A stretch of DNA of 9,892 nt, from the IMG/VR virus record IMGVR_UViG_2579779077_000004; one strand, written 5' to 3'. The notes under the pieces were generated by a model that worked only from the letters and a program-made list of their open reading frames with translations, did not search any database and was not told the origin of the DNA. The stretch is from a virus. Taxonomy: Duplodnaviria; Heunggongvirae; Uroviricota; Caudoviricetes. Shown in pieces: positions 1 through 6,837 of the stretch; the stretch's first letter is position 1, and every line of letters starts with the position of its first letter. Position numbers and translations under genes: made by a program.

Positions 1-1
1 G

Positions 2-88
2 CATAACGTGCCCACCAGCAGGGAGAAAGCACGCGCCAATATTCAGAAGATGAAAAACATGATTAACGGATTCAGGGGCAAGAAATGA
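2..88 (+). CDS. Possible 3' end of an upstream gene running off the window edge (…VPTSREKARANIQKMKNMINGFRGKK*)
   Basis: Frame 2 is open from the window edge to TGA at 86-88, which overlaps the ATG at 85 in an ATGA arrangement. No start is visible and no family is recognised. Confidence 0.2.
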   Translation, partial: HNVPTSREKARANIQKMKNMINGFRGKK

Positions 89-1482
89 AAAGCGCACCGA
101 ACTTAAAAAAACAGCCTTACGACAAGATGACCGAAGTCATCATTTTTGCGGGTAGTGATGCGTGGGCACATGCGAAACAGTGGCAGGAACAGGACGGGCG
201 ACTGGCTGGCGATAATGTGCCTCCCATTGTGCTGGCTGATGATCAACTGGATGAACTGGCAGACCTGAGAATCATCGACGAGGGGCGCTATTGTGTCCGG
301 CTGTACAAGGCAGGCCACATCAGGCCATCAAATATTAATGCCATTGCGCACAAGCTGGCGGCGGCGGGCGTAACTGATGCGAATTATTACCCCGAAGGGA
401 TACACAGCCAGAAGCGGGAGAACTGGCGCGAATATCTGGAACGGGAGCTGGGGAAAAAGCCAGGGGAAGAACACCACCAGCGAAAAACCACGCTACCGAT
501 GAGCGTTGGATCTGCCGGATACGACACGCAATTAGATTACGTGGTAAAGGGGATTATTCCGGCATCGTCGCTATGCAGCATATACGGGGCAAGCGGTTCC
601 TATAAATCATTCCTTGCCGGATCGTTGGCGTGTCACGTTTCCACGGGCCGCCAGTGGGGAGGCCGCAGGGTGGCGCATGGCGCTGTTCTCTATGTGGTTG
701 GTGAAGGCGGTATCGGCGTTCCGCGTCGTGTAAAAGCCTGGGAGGTTGTGCACGGTGAGCAGGTGAAAAATCTGTATCTGGTAAACCGTCCCATATTTCC
801 GGCGGTCCCGCTTGATGTTGATGAAATGGTTATCGCTGCCCGTCAGGTGGAGCGGGAAACGGGTAAACCTGTACGCATGATTATTCTTGATACTCTGGCG
901 CGTTGCTTTGGTGGCAATGATGAAAATGATTCCCGTGATATGGGGGCGTTTATCCGTGGGTGTGACGAGCTTAAACGGCGCACAGGGGCCACGGTGCTGG
1001 TGGTTCACCATTCCGGCAAGGATGAGACGAAAGGCGCGCGTGGTTCCAGTGCATTTCGTGCTTCGCTGGATGCTGAATACCGGATACGCAGGGAGGACGC
1101 AGGAAGCGAAGCGCTGGTTATCTCATGCACCAAAATGAAGGACGCGGAGGAACTCAAAGAGGCTGCCTATGACTTACGCGTGGTGGAGCTGTTTACCGAC
1201 GCTGACGGGGAGTTAATCACGTCGCTGGTGGTGGTGGATAAGCCGCGTCCTCCCGTTGAACTGGAGCGCATCGAGGAGGCAGGCAACAAGACGGAAAACC
1301 ATACCGCACTATGGGGGTGCATCCGGTCACGCACACAGCACGGCGACAAGTGCACGATCCCGCTGTTACGTGATGACATGAAAAAACTGGGGTATGAAAT
1401 GAAAAACTTCCGGCGCTGGCTGTACAAGCTGGAAAAAGATGGGGTTATTCGTATCGATGGGGATGATGTAGCGCCGCTATAA
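85..1482 (+). CDS. Replication initiator / helicase-like protein: RecA-fold ATPase (AAA_25/RepA-DnaB-like) with an unassigned N-terminal domain and a probable C-terminal winged-helix DNA-binding domain
   Basis: 465-aa ORF with AGGGG about 8 nt upstream of the ATG. P-loop-like motif GASGSYKS, Walker-B-like hydrophobic stretch ending in D (VRMIILDTLAR), and the RecA/DnaB-like motif LVVHHSGKDETKG. The C-terminal 70 aa (…MKKLGYEMKNFRRWLYKLEKDGVIRIDG…) looks like a winged helix. An iteron array follows immediately downstream. Confidence 0.8.
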   Translation: MKSAPNLKKQPYDKMTEVIIFAGSDAWAHAKQWQEQDGRLAGDNVPPIVLADDQLDELADLRIIDEGRYCVRLYKAGHIRPSNINAIAHKLAAAGVTDANYYPEGIHSQKRENWREYLERELGKKPGEEHHQRKTTLPMSVGSAGYDTQLDYVVKGIIPASSLCSIYGASGSYKSFLAGSLACHVSTGRQWGGRRVAHGAVLYVVGEGGIGVPRRVKAWEVVHGEQVKNLYLVNRPIFPAVPLDVDEMVIAARQVERETGKPVRMIILDTLARCFGGNDENDSRDMGAFIRGCDELKRRTGATVLVVHHSGKDETKGARGSSAFRASLDAEYRIRREDAGSEALVISCTKMKDAEELKEAAYDLRVVELFTDADGELITSLVVVDKPRPPVELERIEEAGNKTENHTALWGCIRSRTQHGDKCTIPLLRDDMKKLGYEMKNFRRWLYKLEKDGVIRIDGDDVAPL

Positions 1483-1677
1483 AAGTGAGGAGCAAAAGCG
1501 AGGGGGGTAGAAAGAGGGCCAAAATTAGCCTGCTCTCCCTCACTTTTCGACCTGTATACATCCTCAAAAGTGAGGGGTAAAAAAATACTTATGAAACACA
1601 CACATAGAAAAACCAAAAATCCCAACTGCGACGAAGTGAGACGCTTGAAAAAGTGAGGCGAAAAAGTGAGAGGTTGC
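1482..1677. repeat. Iteron array, putative origin of replication
   Basis: Direct copies of AAAGTGAG(G/A) at 1482-1490, 1566-1576, 1649-1658 and 1661-1673; degenerate copies at 1494-1503 (AAAGCGAGG), 1511-1519 (AAAGAGGGC) and 1633-1641 (GAAGTGAGA); one inverted copy at 1537-1547 (CCCTCACTTTT). An AT-rich stretch sits between them at 1578-1620. The array lies directly 3' of the rep gene. Confidence 0.6.
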
Positions 1678-1682
1678 GAGAA

Positions 1683-1934
1683 ATGACCCAAAAACGCAGA
1701 GACAGAACAGAGCCGAAATATAAGGCGTTAGATATGGCTGAACTGGCTTTAAAGGTGGCAATCAGAACGATAGACCGCCACGCGGGGGAAGGATACGCGA
1801 AAGCACATCCCGAACTGATAAGCGCATTCATGACCACGACGGCGGCAAATTTTGCCACGCTGACAGAACGGGAGATTGCCGAAGCGGAACAGGTAACAAC
1901 AATCAACGTTAAAACCGGAGAGGTGGAATCATGA
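1683..1934 (+). CDS. Hypothetical small protein (83 aa)
   Basis: ATG at 1683 with GAGAGG 10-16 nt upstream. The ORF track gives an upstream in-frame start at 1653, but that lies inside the iterons with no RBS. The TGA stop overlaps the next ATG (ATGA at 1931-1934). No recognisable family. Confidence 0.45.
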   Translation: MTQKRRDRTEPKYKALDMAELALKVAIRTIDRHAGEGYAKAHPELISAFMTTTAANFATLTEREIAEAEQVTTINVKTGEVES

Positions 1935-2236
1935 GCGAACCAAAATTTGGTGAAAAATTTTACAAGCACAACGGACGGATCACGATTCTGCAAATAAGCG
2001 CAGCTACACCAGGCTGGTGGGTTGAAACAGACGAAGGATCCTCACCCGTGGCATCATGGGCGCTTTGTGTGCTTAGTTACCCTGACCGCGATGTGTATCA
2101 GGATATTCTGCCTGTGATATCCACTGACAAAGGCATGAAACCCGTAGACATCAAAAACATGGGGTTTCAGTGCGTAATGCTCACTGAAAAAATGATGGAA
2201 GAGATGAAAAAGAACAATGCCGGATCGCTTCACTGA
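1931..2236 (+). CDS. Hypothetical protein (101 aa)
   Basis: Strong RBS GAGAGGTGG 5-13 nt upstream of the ATG at 1931, which is translationally coupled to the preceding ORF. No recognisable family. Confidence 0.55.
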   Translation: MSEPKFGEKFYKHNGRITILQISAATPGWWVETDEGSSPVASWALCVLSYPDRDVYQDILPVISTDKGMKPVDIKNMGFQCVMLTEKMMEEMKKNNAGSLH

Positions 2237-2245
2237 GGTGGCAAT

Positions 2246-2656
2246 ATGACAGCACAAATTGCAGCTTACGGGCGGCTGGTGGACGACCCGCAGGTAAAAC
2301 AGAGCAGCAAGGGCACACCGATGACTCTGGCGCGTATGGCGGTATCGTTGCCATGCAGCCAGGCACATGACGGACAGGCGACGTTATGGTTATCGGTTAT
2401 CGCATTTGGCAAACAGGCCGATTTCCTGGCTAAACATCAAAAAGGCGATGTTGCCAGCGTATCCGGCACGATGCAGGTAAGCCAGTGGACCGGACAGAAC
2501 GGGGAAACGCGGCGGGGGTATCAGGTTATTGCAGACAGCGTAATCAGTGCCCGCGCGGCACGTCCAGGCGGGAACAGACGCAAAACCACAGGCACACAGG
2601 GTAATCAGCCACCAGCGGGAGGCGATGACCCTTACGGTGACGGTATTCCGTTCTGA
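2246..2656 (+). CDS. ssb: Single-stranded DNA-binding protein (short SSB, OB fold)
   Basis: RBS GAGGTGG upstream. The N-terminal stretch IAAYGRLVDDPQV resembles the SSB motif (…VGNLGQDPEV…), there is a conserved W…FGK…A core, a Gly/Pro/Gln-rich linker, and a C-terminal acidic tail ending DDPYGDGIPF (compare the canonical SSB end …DDDIPF). Confidence 0.75.
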   Translation: MTAQIAAYGRLVDDPQVKQSSKGTPMTLARMAVSLPCSQAHDGQATLWLSVIAFGKQADFLAKHQKGDVASVSGTMQVSQWTGQNGETRRGYQVIADSVISARAARPGGNRRKTTGTQGNQPPAGGDDPYGDGIPF

Positions 2657-2666
2657 GGGGGTGACG

Positions 2667-2939
2667 ATGGCACATGACCGCATAGCGGAGGAACTCGAGG
2701 CAAAAGGCTTTTACCGGAGGGCGGCGGCGCGATGGGGTGAAGTCATGCAACTGGTGGAGACAGACAAGGAACGGCATCAGGTTACGATGCGACGGCTGGA
2801 ATGTTCCAGGAAGGCACAGAGGCCACCGGAGCCGCCGGATAACTTCGGAGACCTGAGAAAGGCAGTCGATCGCACTTATGCTGAAATGGGTATGGATGGT
2901 GTAAGCGATGAAATATGGCGTAATTACACAGACAGCTAA
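2667..2939 (+). CDS. PerC-family transcriptional regulator-like protein (90 aa)
   Basis: ATG at 2667 with GAGGGGG 6-12 nt upstream. The ORF-track start at 2547 would overlap ssb with no RBS. The N-terminal motif AEELEAKGFYRRAAARWGEVM matches my recollection of the PerC/Pch signature; this is a family-level call only. Confidence 0.55.
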   Translation: MAHDRIAEELEAKGFYRRAAARWGEVMQLVETDKERHQVTMRRLECSRKAQRPPEPPDNFGDLRKAVDRTYAEMGMDGVSDEIWRNYTDS

Positions 2940-2944
2940 TCAAC

Positions 2945-2966
2945 AGCCGGAGCAATCCGGCTTTTT
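2945..2966 (+). terminator. Rho-independent terminator after the PerC-like gene
   Basis: Stem AGCCGGA (2945-2951), GCAA tetraloop, TCCGGCT (2956-2962), followed by a T-run (2962-2966, then TTATTTTTT). Confidence 0.55.
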
Positions 2967-2986
2967 GTTATTTTTTGTAAATTATT

Positions 2987-3033
2987 TGTTCGTGGTTGTT
3001 CCACGTTGTTCACTGAGCGGATCGGCATATTTT
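2987..3033 (+). promoter_or_regulatory. Candidate promoter/operator for the head operon: three phased TTGTTC repeats and a sigma70-like -35/-10
   Basis: TTGTTC at 2987-2992, 2997-3002 and 3006-3011, spaced about one helical turn apart. The last one (-35-like) is followed after 16 nt by TATTTT at 3028-3033 (-10-like). A 5-bp inverted repeat CGTGG/CCACG lies at 2991-3005. Confidence 0.3.
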
Positions 3034-3087
3034 ACCCGAACTGAATCATGATTATTCTCGCCTGTGGTGCCAGGACGCTGGGGCCAC

Positions 3088-3135
3088 TTTCCCGCCTGTT
3101 AATGTGCTCGCCAATATTCATTACCAGGCGGGAAA
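3088..3135. promoter_or_regulatory. Perfect 11-bp inverted repeat in the capsid-gene leader (operator or RNA stem-loop)
   Basis: TTTCCCGCCTG (3088-3098) and CAGGCGGGAAA (3125-3135) are exact reverse complements separated by 26 nt. They are nested inside a 9-bp long-range inverted repeat, CCAGGACGC (3070-3078) and GCGTCCTGG (3187-3195). Confidence 0.35.
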
Positions 3136-3226
3136 ACGATCGGTGCGATTACTGATTTCCTTATGAAAAACGGTTGAGTGTTTGCCGCGTCCTGGAGTTC
3201 CTTACTTAACCCCAGGACTTTTTTTT

Positions 3227-4384
3227 ATGCCGAGAATAATCGAATTACGCCAGCAGAAAACCGCCATTAAAAATCAGATGCGCGACATGCTGGAGAACGC
3301 TGAAAAAGAAAACCGCAGTCTTAACGATGCTGAGGGCGCAAAATTTGACGAATTACGCGCTAAAGCTGAATCCCTCGATAAAGACATTTCCCGCCTTGAA
3401 GCCATTGCAGACGAAGAGCGCAGCAAGCCAGGTAAAAGCAGTCAGACCACTGACCCCGCAGAACTACGAAACTACATTCTGACGGGTGAAACCCGCGCAT
3501 TAAGTACAGGCGTTCCCGCTGATGGTGGTTATACCGTTATCCCCGAACTGAACACCGAAATCATGCGAATGCTGGCGGATGAATCCACCATGCGCCGCAT
3601 CTGTACCGTGAAGAAAATCAGCAGCAACGAGTTTAAGCAGCTTGTTTCCGCTGGCGGTGCGACCGTTAACCACGGTGAAGAGGGTAAGGCACGCGAACAG
3701 ACCAGCACCCCGCAGATTAACGAGGTGAGCATTAAGCTGTATCCGGTCTATGCGTACCCGCGCACCACACAGGAAATCGTGGATTTTTCCGATGTGGACA
3801 TCCTTTCATGGCTGACGGGTGAGATTGGCGACACCTTCACGGAAACCGAAGAAAGCGATCTGGTTGTGGGCGACGGTGACAAAAAAGCAAAAGGTTTTTT
3901 ATCCGTACCCCGTGCAGAGAAGAACGACAAAGAGCGTGATTTTGGTACGTTGCAGGTAATTAAACCTTCCGAATCTCTGGCGTGGACATCTGCGGACCCG
4001 CTGATCGACCTGAAATTTGCATTACGTAAAAAATACCGCAAAAACGCGGTCTGGGTGGTTAACTCCACGACGGCGGCAAAACTTCAGAAGGTGAAGAACG
4101 CGAACGGTGATTACATCTGGCGCGACCGTTTACAGGCGGGTGATCCTGATACGTTGCTGGGCCTTCCGGTCGAATATCTGGAGTTTATGCCTGATAACGT
4201 TATTGCCCTGGGTGACTTCAAACGCGGTTACTACATTGTTGATCACGAAACAGGTGTTCGCACCAGACCGGACAACCTCACAGAGCCGGGCTTCATCAAA
4301 ATTTTCACGCAGAAATATTTAGGCGGTGGCGTGGTGGATTCGAACGCGATCAAGATTCTGGAACTGCCACAGGACGACGATTAA
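3227..4384 (+). CDS. Major capsid protein, HK97 fold, with N-terminal coiled-coil delta (scaffolding) domain
   Basis: 385 aa from the ATG at 3227 (the ORF track begins at an upstream TTG at 3182). The N-terminus has a charged coiled-coil heptad pattern (IIELRQQKTAIKNQMRDMLENAEKENRSL…DELRAKAESLDKDISRLEAI), followed by a mature domain with HK97-MCP-like motifs (GGYTVIPEL…, …LLGLPVEY…). Confidence 0.9.
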   Translation: MPRIIELRQQKTAIKNQMRDMLENAEKENRSLNDAEGAKFDELRAKAESLDKDISRLEAIADEERSKPGKSSQTTDPAELRNYILTGETRALSTGVPADGGYTVIPELNTEIMRMLADESTMRRICTVKKISSNEFKQLVSAGGATVNHGEEGKAREQTSTPQINEVSIKLYPVYAYPRTTQEIVDFSDVDILSWLTGEIGDTFTETEESDLVVGDGDKKAKGFLSVPRAEKNDKERDFGTLQVIKPSESLAWTSADPLIDLKFALRKKYRKNAVWVVNSTTAAKLQKVKNANGDYIWRDRLQAGDPDTLLGLPVEYLEFMPDNVIALGDFKRGYYIVDHETGVRTRPDNLTEPGFIKIFTQKYLGGGVVDSNAIKILELPQDDD

Positions 4385-4394
4385 CAGCATACAG

Positions 4395-4423
4395 AAGGGG
4401 CTTAAAAGCCCCTTTAGTGTTTT
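4395..4423 (+). terminator. Hairpin with U-rich tail between capsid and protease genes (partial terminator or RNA stability element)
   Basis: Stem AAGGGGC (4395-4401), loop TTAAAA, stem GCCCCTT (4408-4414), then TAGTGTTTT. Confidence 0.4.
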
Positions 4424-4996
4424 ATGGGTGAAAAAATTATGAAGAGTATGGAAATCCGGTCATCGGAAATCACCACCAGCGGAGCCGGTACGCTGACGGG
4501 CTACGTTGTTCGCTGGGATAAGCTTTCAGAACTGTTATGGGGTGAGTTTTACGAAAAATTCCAGCGGGGGGCGTTTACTGAATGGCTTGCGGCGGGTAAT
4601 GACGTTCGCGGCCTGTATGAGCATGACCACAGTATGTTACTGGGGCGCACCCGTTCCGGCACGCTGAAACTGGAAGAGGACGAAACAGGGTTACGCTTTG
4701 AACTGACCCCACCGGATACCAGTACAGGGCGCGACGTTATCGAACTGGTTAAACGTGGTGATATATCCGGCATGAGCTTTGGCTTTCGCTCCCGTAAGGA
4801 TGTATGGGATACCACAACAGATCCATGCGTTCGTACCGTGCTGGTGGCAGAACTGTACGAAATTACCGTTACATCGGTACCGGCTTACCCCGATTCCGGC
4901 GTGGAGCTGGCCCGCCGTTCCCTGTATGAGCAGCACCCCGAAAAAATGCCGCGTGCGGATAATCGCCGCTGGTGGGTGGATTTAGCGGGGGTGTGA
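4424..4996 (+). CDS. Prohead maturation protease, HK97 family (peptidase S78-like)
   Basis: Motifs LYEHDHSMLLGRT and GDISGMSFGF are typical of HK97 gp4-type prohead proteases. The start is ambiguous between ATGs at 4424, 4439 and 4448. Confidence 0.85.
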   Translation: MGEKIMKSMEIRSSEITTSGAGTLTGYVVRWDKLSELLWGEFYEKFQRGAFTEWLAAGNDVRGLYEHDHSMLLGRTRSGTLKLEEDETGLRFELTPPDTSTGRDVIELVKRGDISGMSFGFRSRKDVWDTTTDPCVRTVLVAELYEITVTSVPAYPDSGVELARRSLYEQHPEKMPRADNRRWWVDLAGV

Positions 4997-4997
4997 T

Positions 4998-6209
4998 ATG
5001 TGGCCTTTCAGAAGAAAAAAAGAGCAGCGCAGCATGACGCTTGATGAATTTATGGCGCTGGCTGGCACATCGAACACGGGGGCGGGTGAGTACGTATCAT
5101 CGGGGACAGCGGAATCACTGCCCGCCGTCATGAACGCCGTGACGGTCATTTCTGAGGCGGTGGCTACCATGCCGTGTTACCTGTACCTGGTACGCAATGA
5201 GAAGGGGAAGGAGGCCCGCGAGTGGCTTGATTCTCATCCGGTCGATCACATCCTCAACGAGCGCCCGAACGCGTGGCAGACTCCCTACCAGTTTAAGCGA
5301 ATGATGATCCGCCACTGCCTGTTAAACGGTAATGCTTATGCGGTGATTCAGTGGGGGCGTGATGGTTTTCCGGTGGCTTTACATCCTTACCCGCCGCAGT
5401 CGGTGAACGTGGAGCAGACAGGCGAACACAACTGGCGCTACTGCATCACTGACGCTTACACCGGAAACACCCGCAACTATTTACCGTGGGAGGTACTTCA
5501 CCTTCGTTACTCCACGGATGACGGCTTTATGGGGCGCTCACCTGTAACCATCTGCCGCGAATCGCTGGGGCTTGGGCTGGCCCAACAACGCCACGGCGCG
5601 AGCGTGATGCGTGATGGCATGATGGCGGCAGGGGTTATCACGTCAGGCGAATGGCTGGACGGCGTGAAGGGCAAACAGGCATTAGCCGCACTGGAACGCT
5701 ACAAAGGGGCCAGAAACGCCGGAAAAACGCCCATCCTTGAAGGGGGGATGAGCTATCAGCAGCTGGGCATGAGTAATCAGGATGCTGAATGGCTGGCCTC
5801 CCGTCGCTTCACCATTGAAGACATCGCCCGAATGTTCAACGTCTCGCCGATTTTTCTGCAGGAATACAGCAACAGCACCTACAGCAATTTCAGCGAGGCA
5901 AGCCGCGCATTTCTCACCATGACGATGCGCCCGTGGCTGGCGAACTTTGAGCAGCAGATAAAAAACGCCTTGCTGGTGGTCTCGCCTGTACCTGGTATCC
6001 GGTATCAGGTGGAGTTTGACAGCGCGGACCTGTTACGGGCCACACCTGGCGAACGCTTTGCCACCTATGAGCGCGGCATCAAATCCGGCGTAATGTGTCC
6101 GAACGAAGCCCGCGAACGTGAAGGACTGTCACCGCGTGATGGTGGTGATGAGTTCAGCCAGGCATGGAAACAGGAAGTAAAAATCAGCGAGGGAGAAAAA
6201 CCGGAATGA
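4998..6209 (+). CDS. Portal protein, HK97 family
   Basis: 403-aa ORF with GCGGGGG RBS upstream of the ATG at 4998. Size and sequence character fit HK97-type portals. It begins 2 nt after the protease stop. Confidence 0.88.
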   Translation: MWPFRRKKEQRSMTLDEFMALAGTSNTGAGEYVSSGTAESLPAVMNAVTVISEAVATMPCYLYLVRNEKGKEAREWLDSHPVDHILNERPNAWQTPYQFKRMMIRHCLLNGNAYAVIQWGRDGFPVALHPYPPQSVNVEQTGEHNWRYCITDAYTGNTRNYLPWEVLHLRYSTDDGFMGRSPVTICRESLGLGLAQQRHGASVMRDGMMAAGVITSGEWLDGVKGKQALAALERYKGARNAGKTPILEGGMSYQQLGMSNQDAEWLASRRFTIEDIARMFNVSPIFLQEYSNSTYSNFSEASRAFLTMTMRPWLANFEQQIKNALLVVSPVPGIRYQVEFDSADLLRATPGERFATYERGIKSGVMCPNEAREREGLSPRDGGDEFSQAWKQEVKISEGEKPE

Positions 6210-6544
6210 ACATAGGGCGACTGCGTGACAGGATAACGATTCAGACCCTGAAACAGACCAGGGATATAACCGGCGAAATACTCGAAACGTGGGAGGACGG
6301 TCACACACTCTGGGCAAGCGTGAACATGGTCAGCAGCAAGGAGGCCATTTCATCGGGTGCAGAGCTGGCGATTGGTACCGTAAGGATCTGGATACGGTAC
6401 CGGAAGGACATCAACGCCACCAGCCGGATAAAGGTCAGTACGGGGCCGCTGGCGGGGCGTGTACTGAATATCATCGGGCAGCCGCTGCCGGATGCCGCCA
6501 GGACACGCCTTGAAATTCTTTGTCGTGAGGGCGCGGAAAAATGA
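6206..6544 (+). CDS. Head closure / head-tail adaptor protein (phage head-tail joining family, SPP1 gp16-like)
   Basis: ATG at 6206 overlaps the portal stop (ATGA) with GGGAGA 8-13 nt upstream. The ORF-track start at 6164 lies inside the portal gene. About 112 aa (MNIGRLRDRITIQ…), the size and pattern of this family. Confidence 0.75.
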   Translation: MNIGRLRDRITIQTLKQTRDITGEILETWEDGHTLWASVNMVSSKEAISSGAELAIGTVRIWIRYRKDINATSRIKVSTGPLAGRVLNIIGQPLPDAARTRLEILCREGAEK

Positions 6545-6837
6545 CAGAAGAACTTATCACCCTGGAAGAAGTGAAACTCCATTGCCGCATCGATGGCGAC
6601 GAGGAAGACCAGTTAATCAGCGGATACATTGCCGCATCGCTTGAGGCGTGCCAGATACACATAGGCAGGCGCTTTGATGACGGGCTGGAGTTCACGCCAG
6701 CCATAAAGATTGGCTGCATGATGTTTATCGCTCACCTGTATGAGAATCGCCAGATTGTCGCGGATAACGCAAAAACACGCGTACCCATGACGATTGGCGC
6801 ACTCTGGACGGCTTACCGTGATGTGGGGGTGTACTGA
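6541..6837 (+). CDS. gp6-like head-tail connector protein
   Basis: N-terminus LITLEEVKLHCRIDGDEEDQLISGYI resembles HK97 gp6-type connectors (…LTLEEAKAHLRVD…). ATGA overlap with the upstream gene; 98 aa. Confidence 0.8.
   Translation: MTEELITLEEVKLHCRIDGDEEDQLISGYIAASLEACQIHIGRRFDDGLEFTPAIKIGCMMFIAHLYENRQIVADNAKTRVPMTIGALWTAYRDVGVY

Noticed and set aside
103-1011. Minus-strand ORFs inside the rep gene (103..318, 607..1011) and the plus-strand alternate-frame ORF 887..1138
   Set aside because: They are fully embedded in, or antisense to, a long ORF carrying clear ATPase motifs. They have no RBS and no recognisable family, so they are most likely frame artefacts.
1482-1677. Repeat array considered as a possible CRISPR array
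   Set aside because: The repeat unit is only 8-10 bp, spacing is irregular (12 to about 80 bp), and one copy is inverted. That is an iteron pattern, not the 25-40 bp regularly spaced repeats of CRISPR.
1167-1993. Minus-strand ORFs 1167..1691, 1564..1761 and 1589..1993 spanning the rep 3' end and the iteron region
   Set aside because: Their translations are low-complexity (Ser/Phe/Leu-rich) and are driven by the repeat and AT-rich composition. They are antisense to better-supported plus-strand genes.
2547-2666. N-terminal extension of the PerC-like ORF starting at 2547
   Set aside because: It would overlap the last 110 nt of ssb in another frame and has no RBS, whereas the ATG at 2667 has a strong GAGGGGG RBS.
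3182-3226. TTG at 3182 as the capsid protein start, adding 15 residues
   Set aside because: The extension (PRPGVPYLTPGLFF) is translated from a pyrimidine-rich leader that overlaps the inverted-repeat arm, with no RBS. The ATG at 3227 begins the typical coiled-coil N-terminus.
3529-6837. Assorted minus-strand and alternate-frame ORFs inside the capsid, protease, portal, adaptor and connector genes (for example 3748..4068, 4549..4815, 6289..6513, 6301..6582, 6613..6852)
   Set aside because: All are embedded in confidently assigned structural genes and are short with biased composition; I see no independent signal for them.
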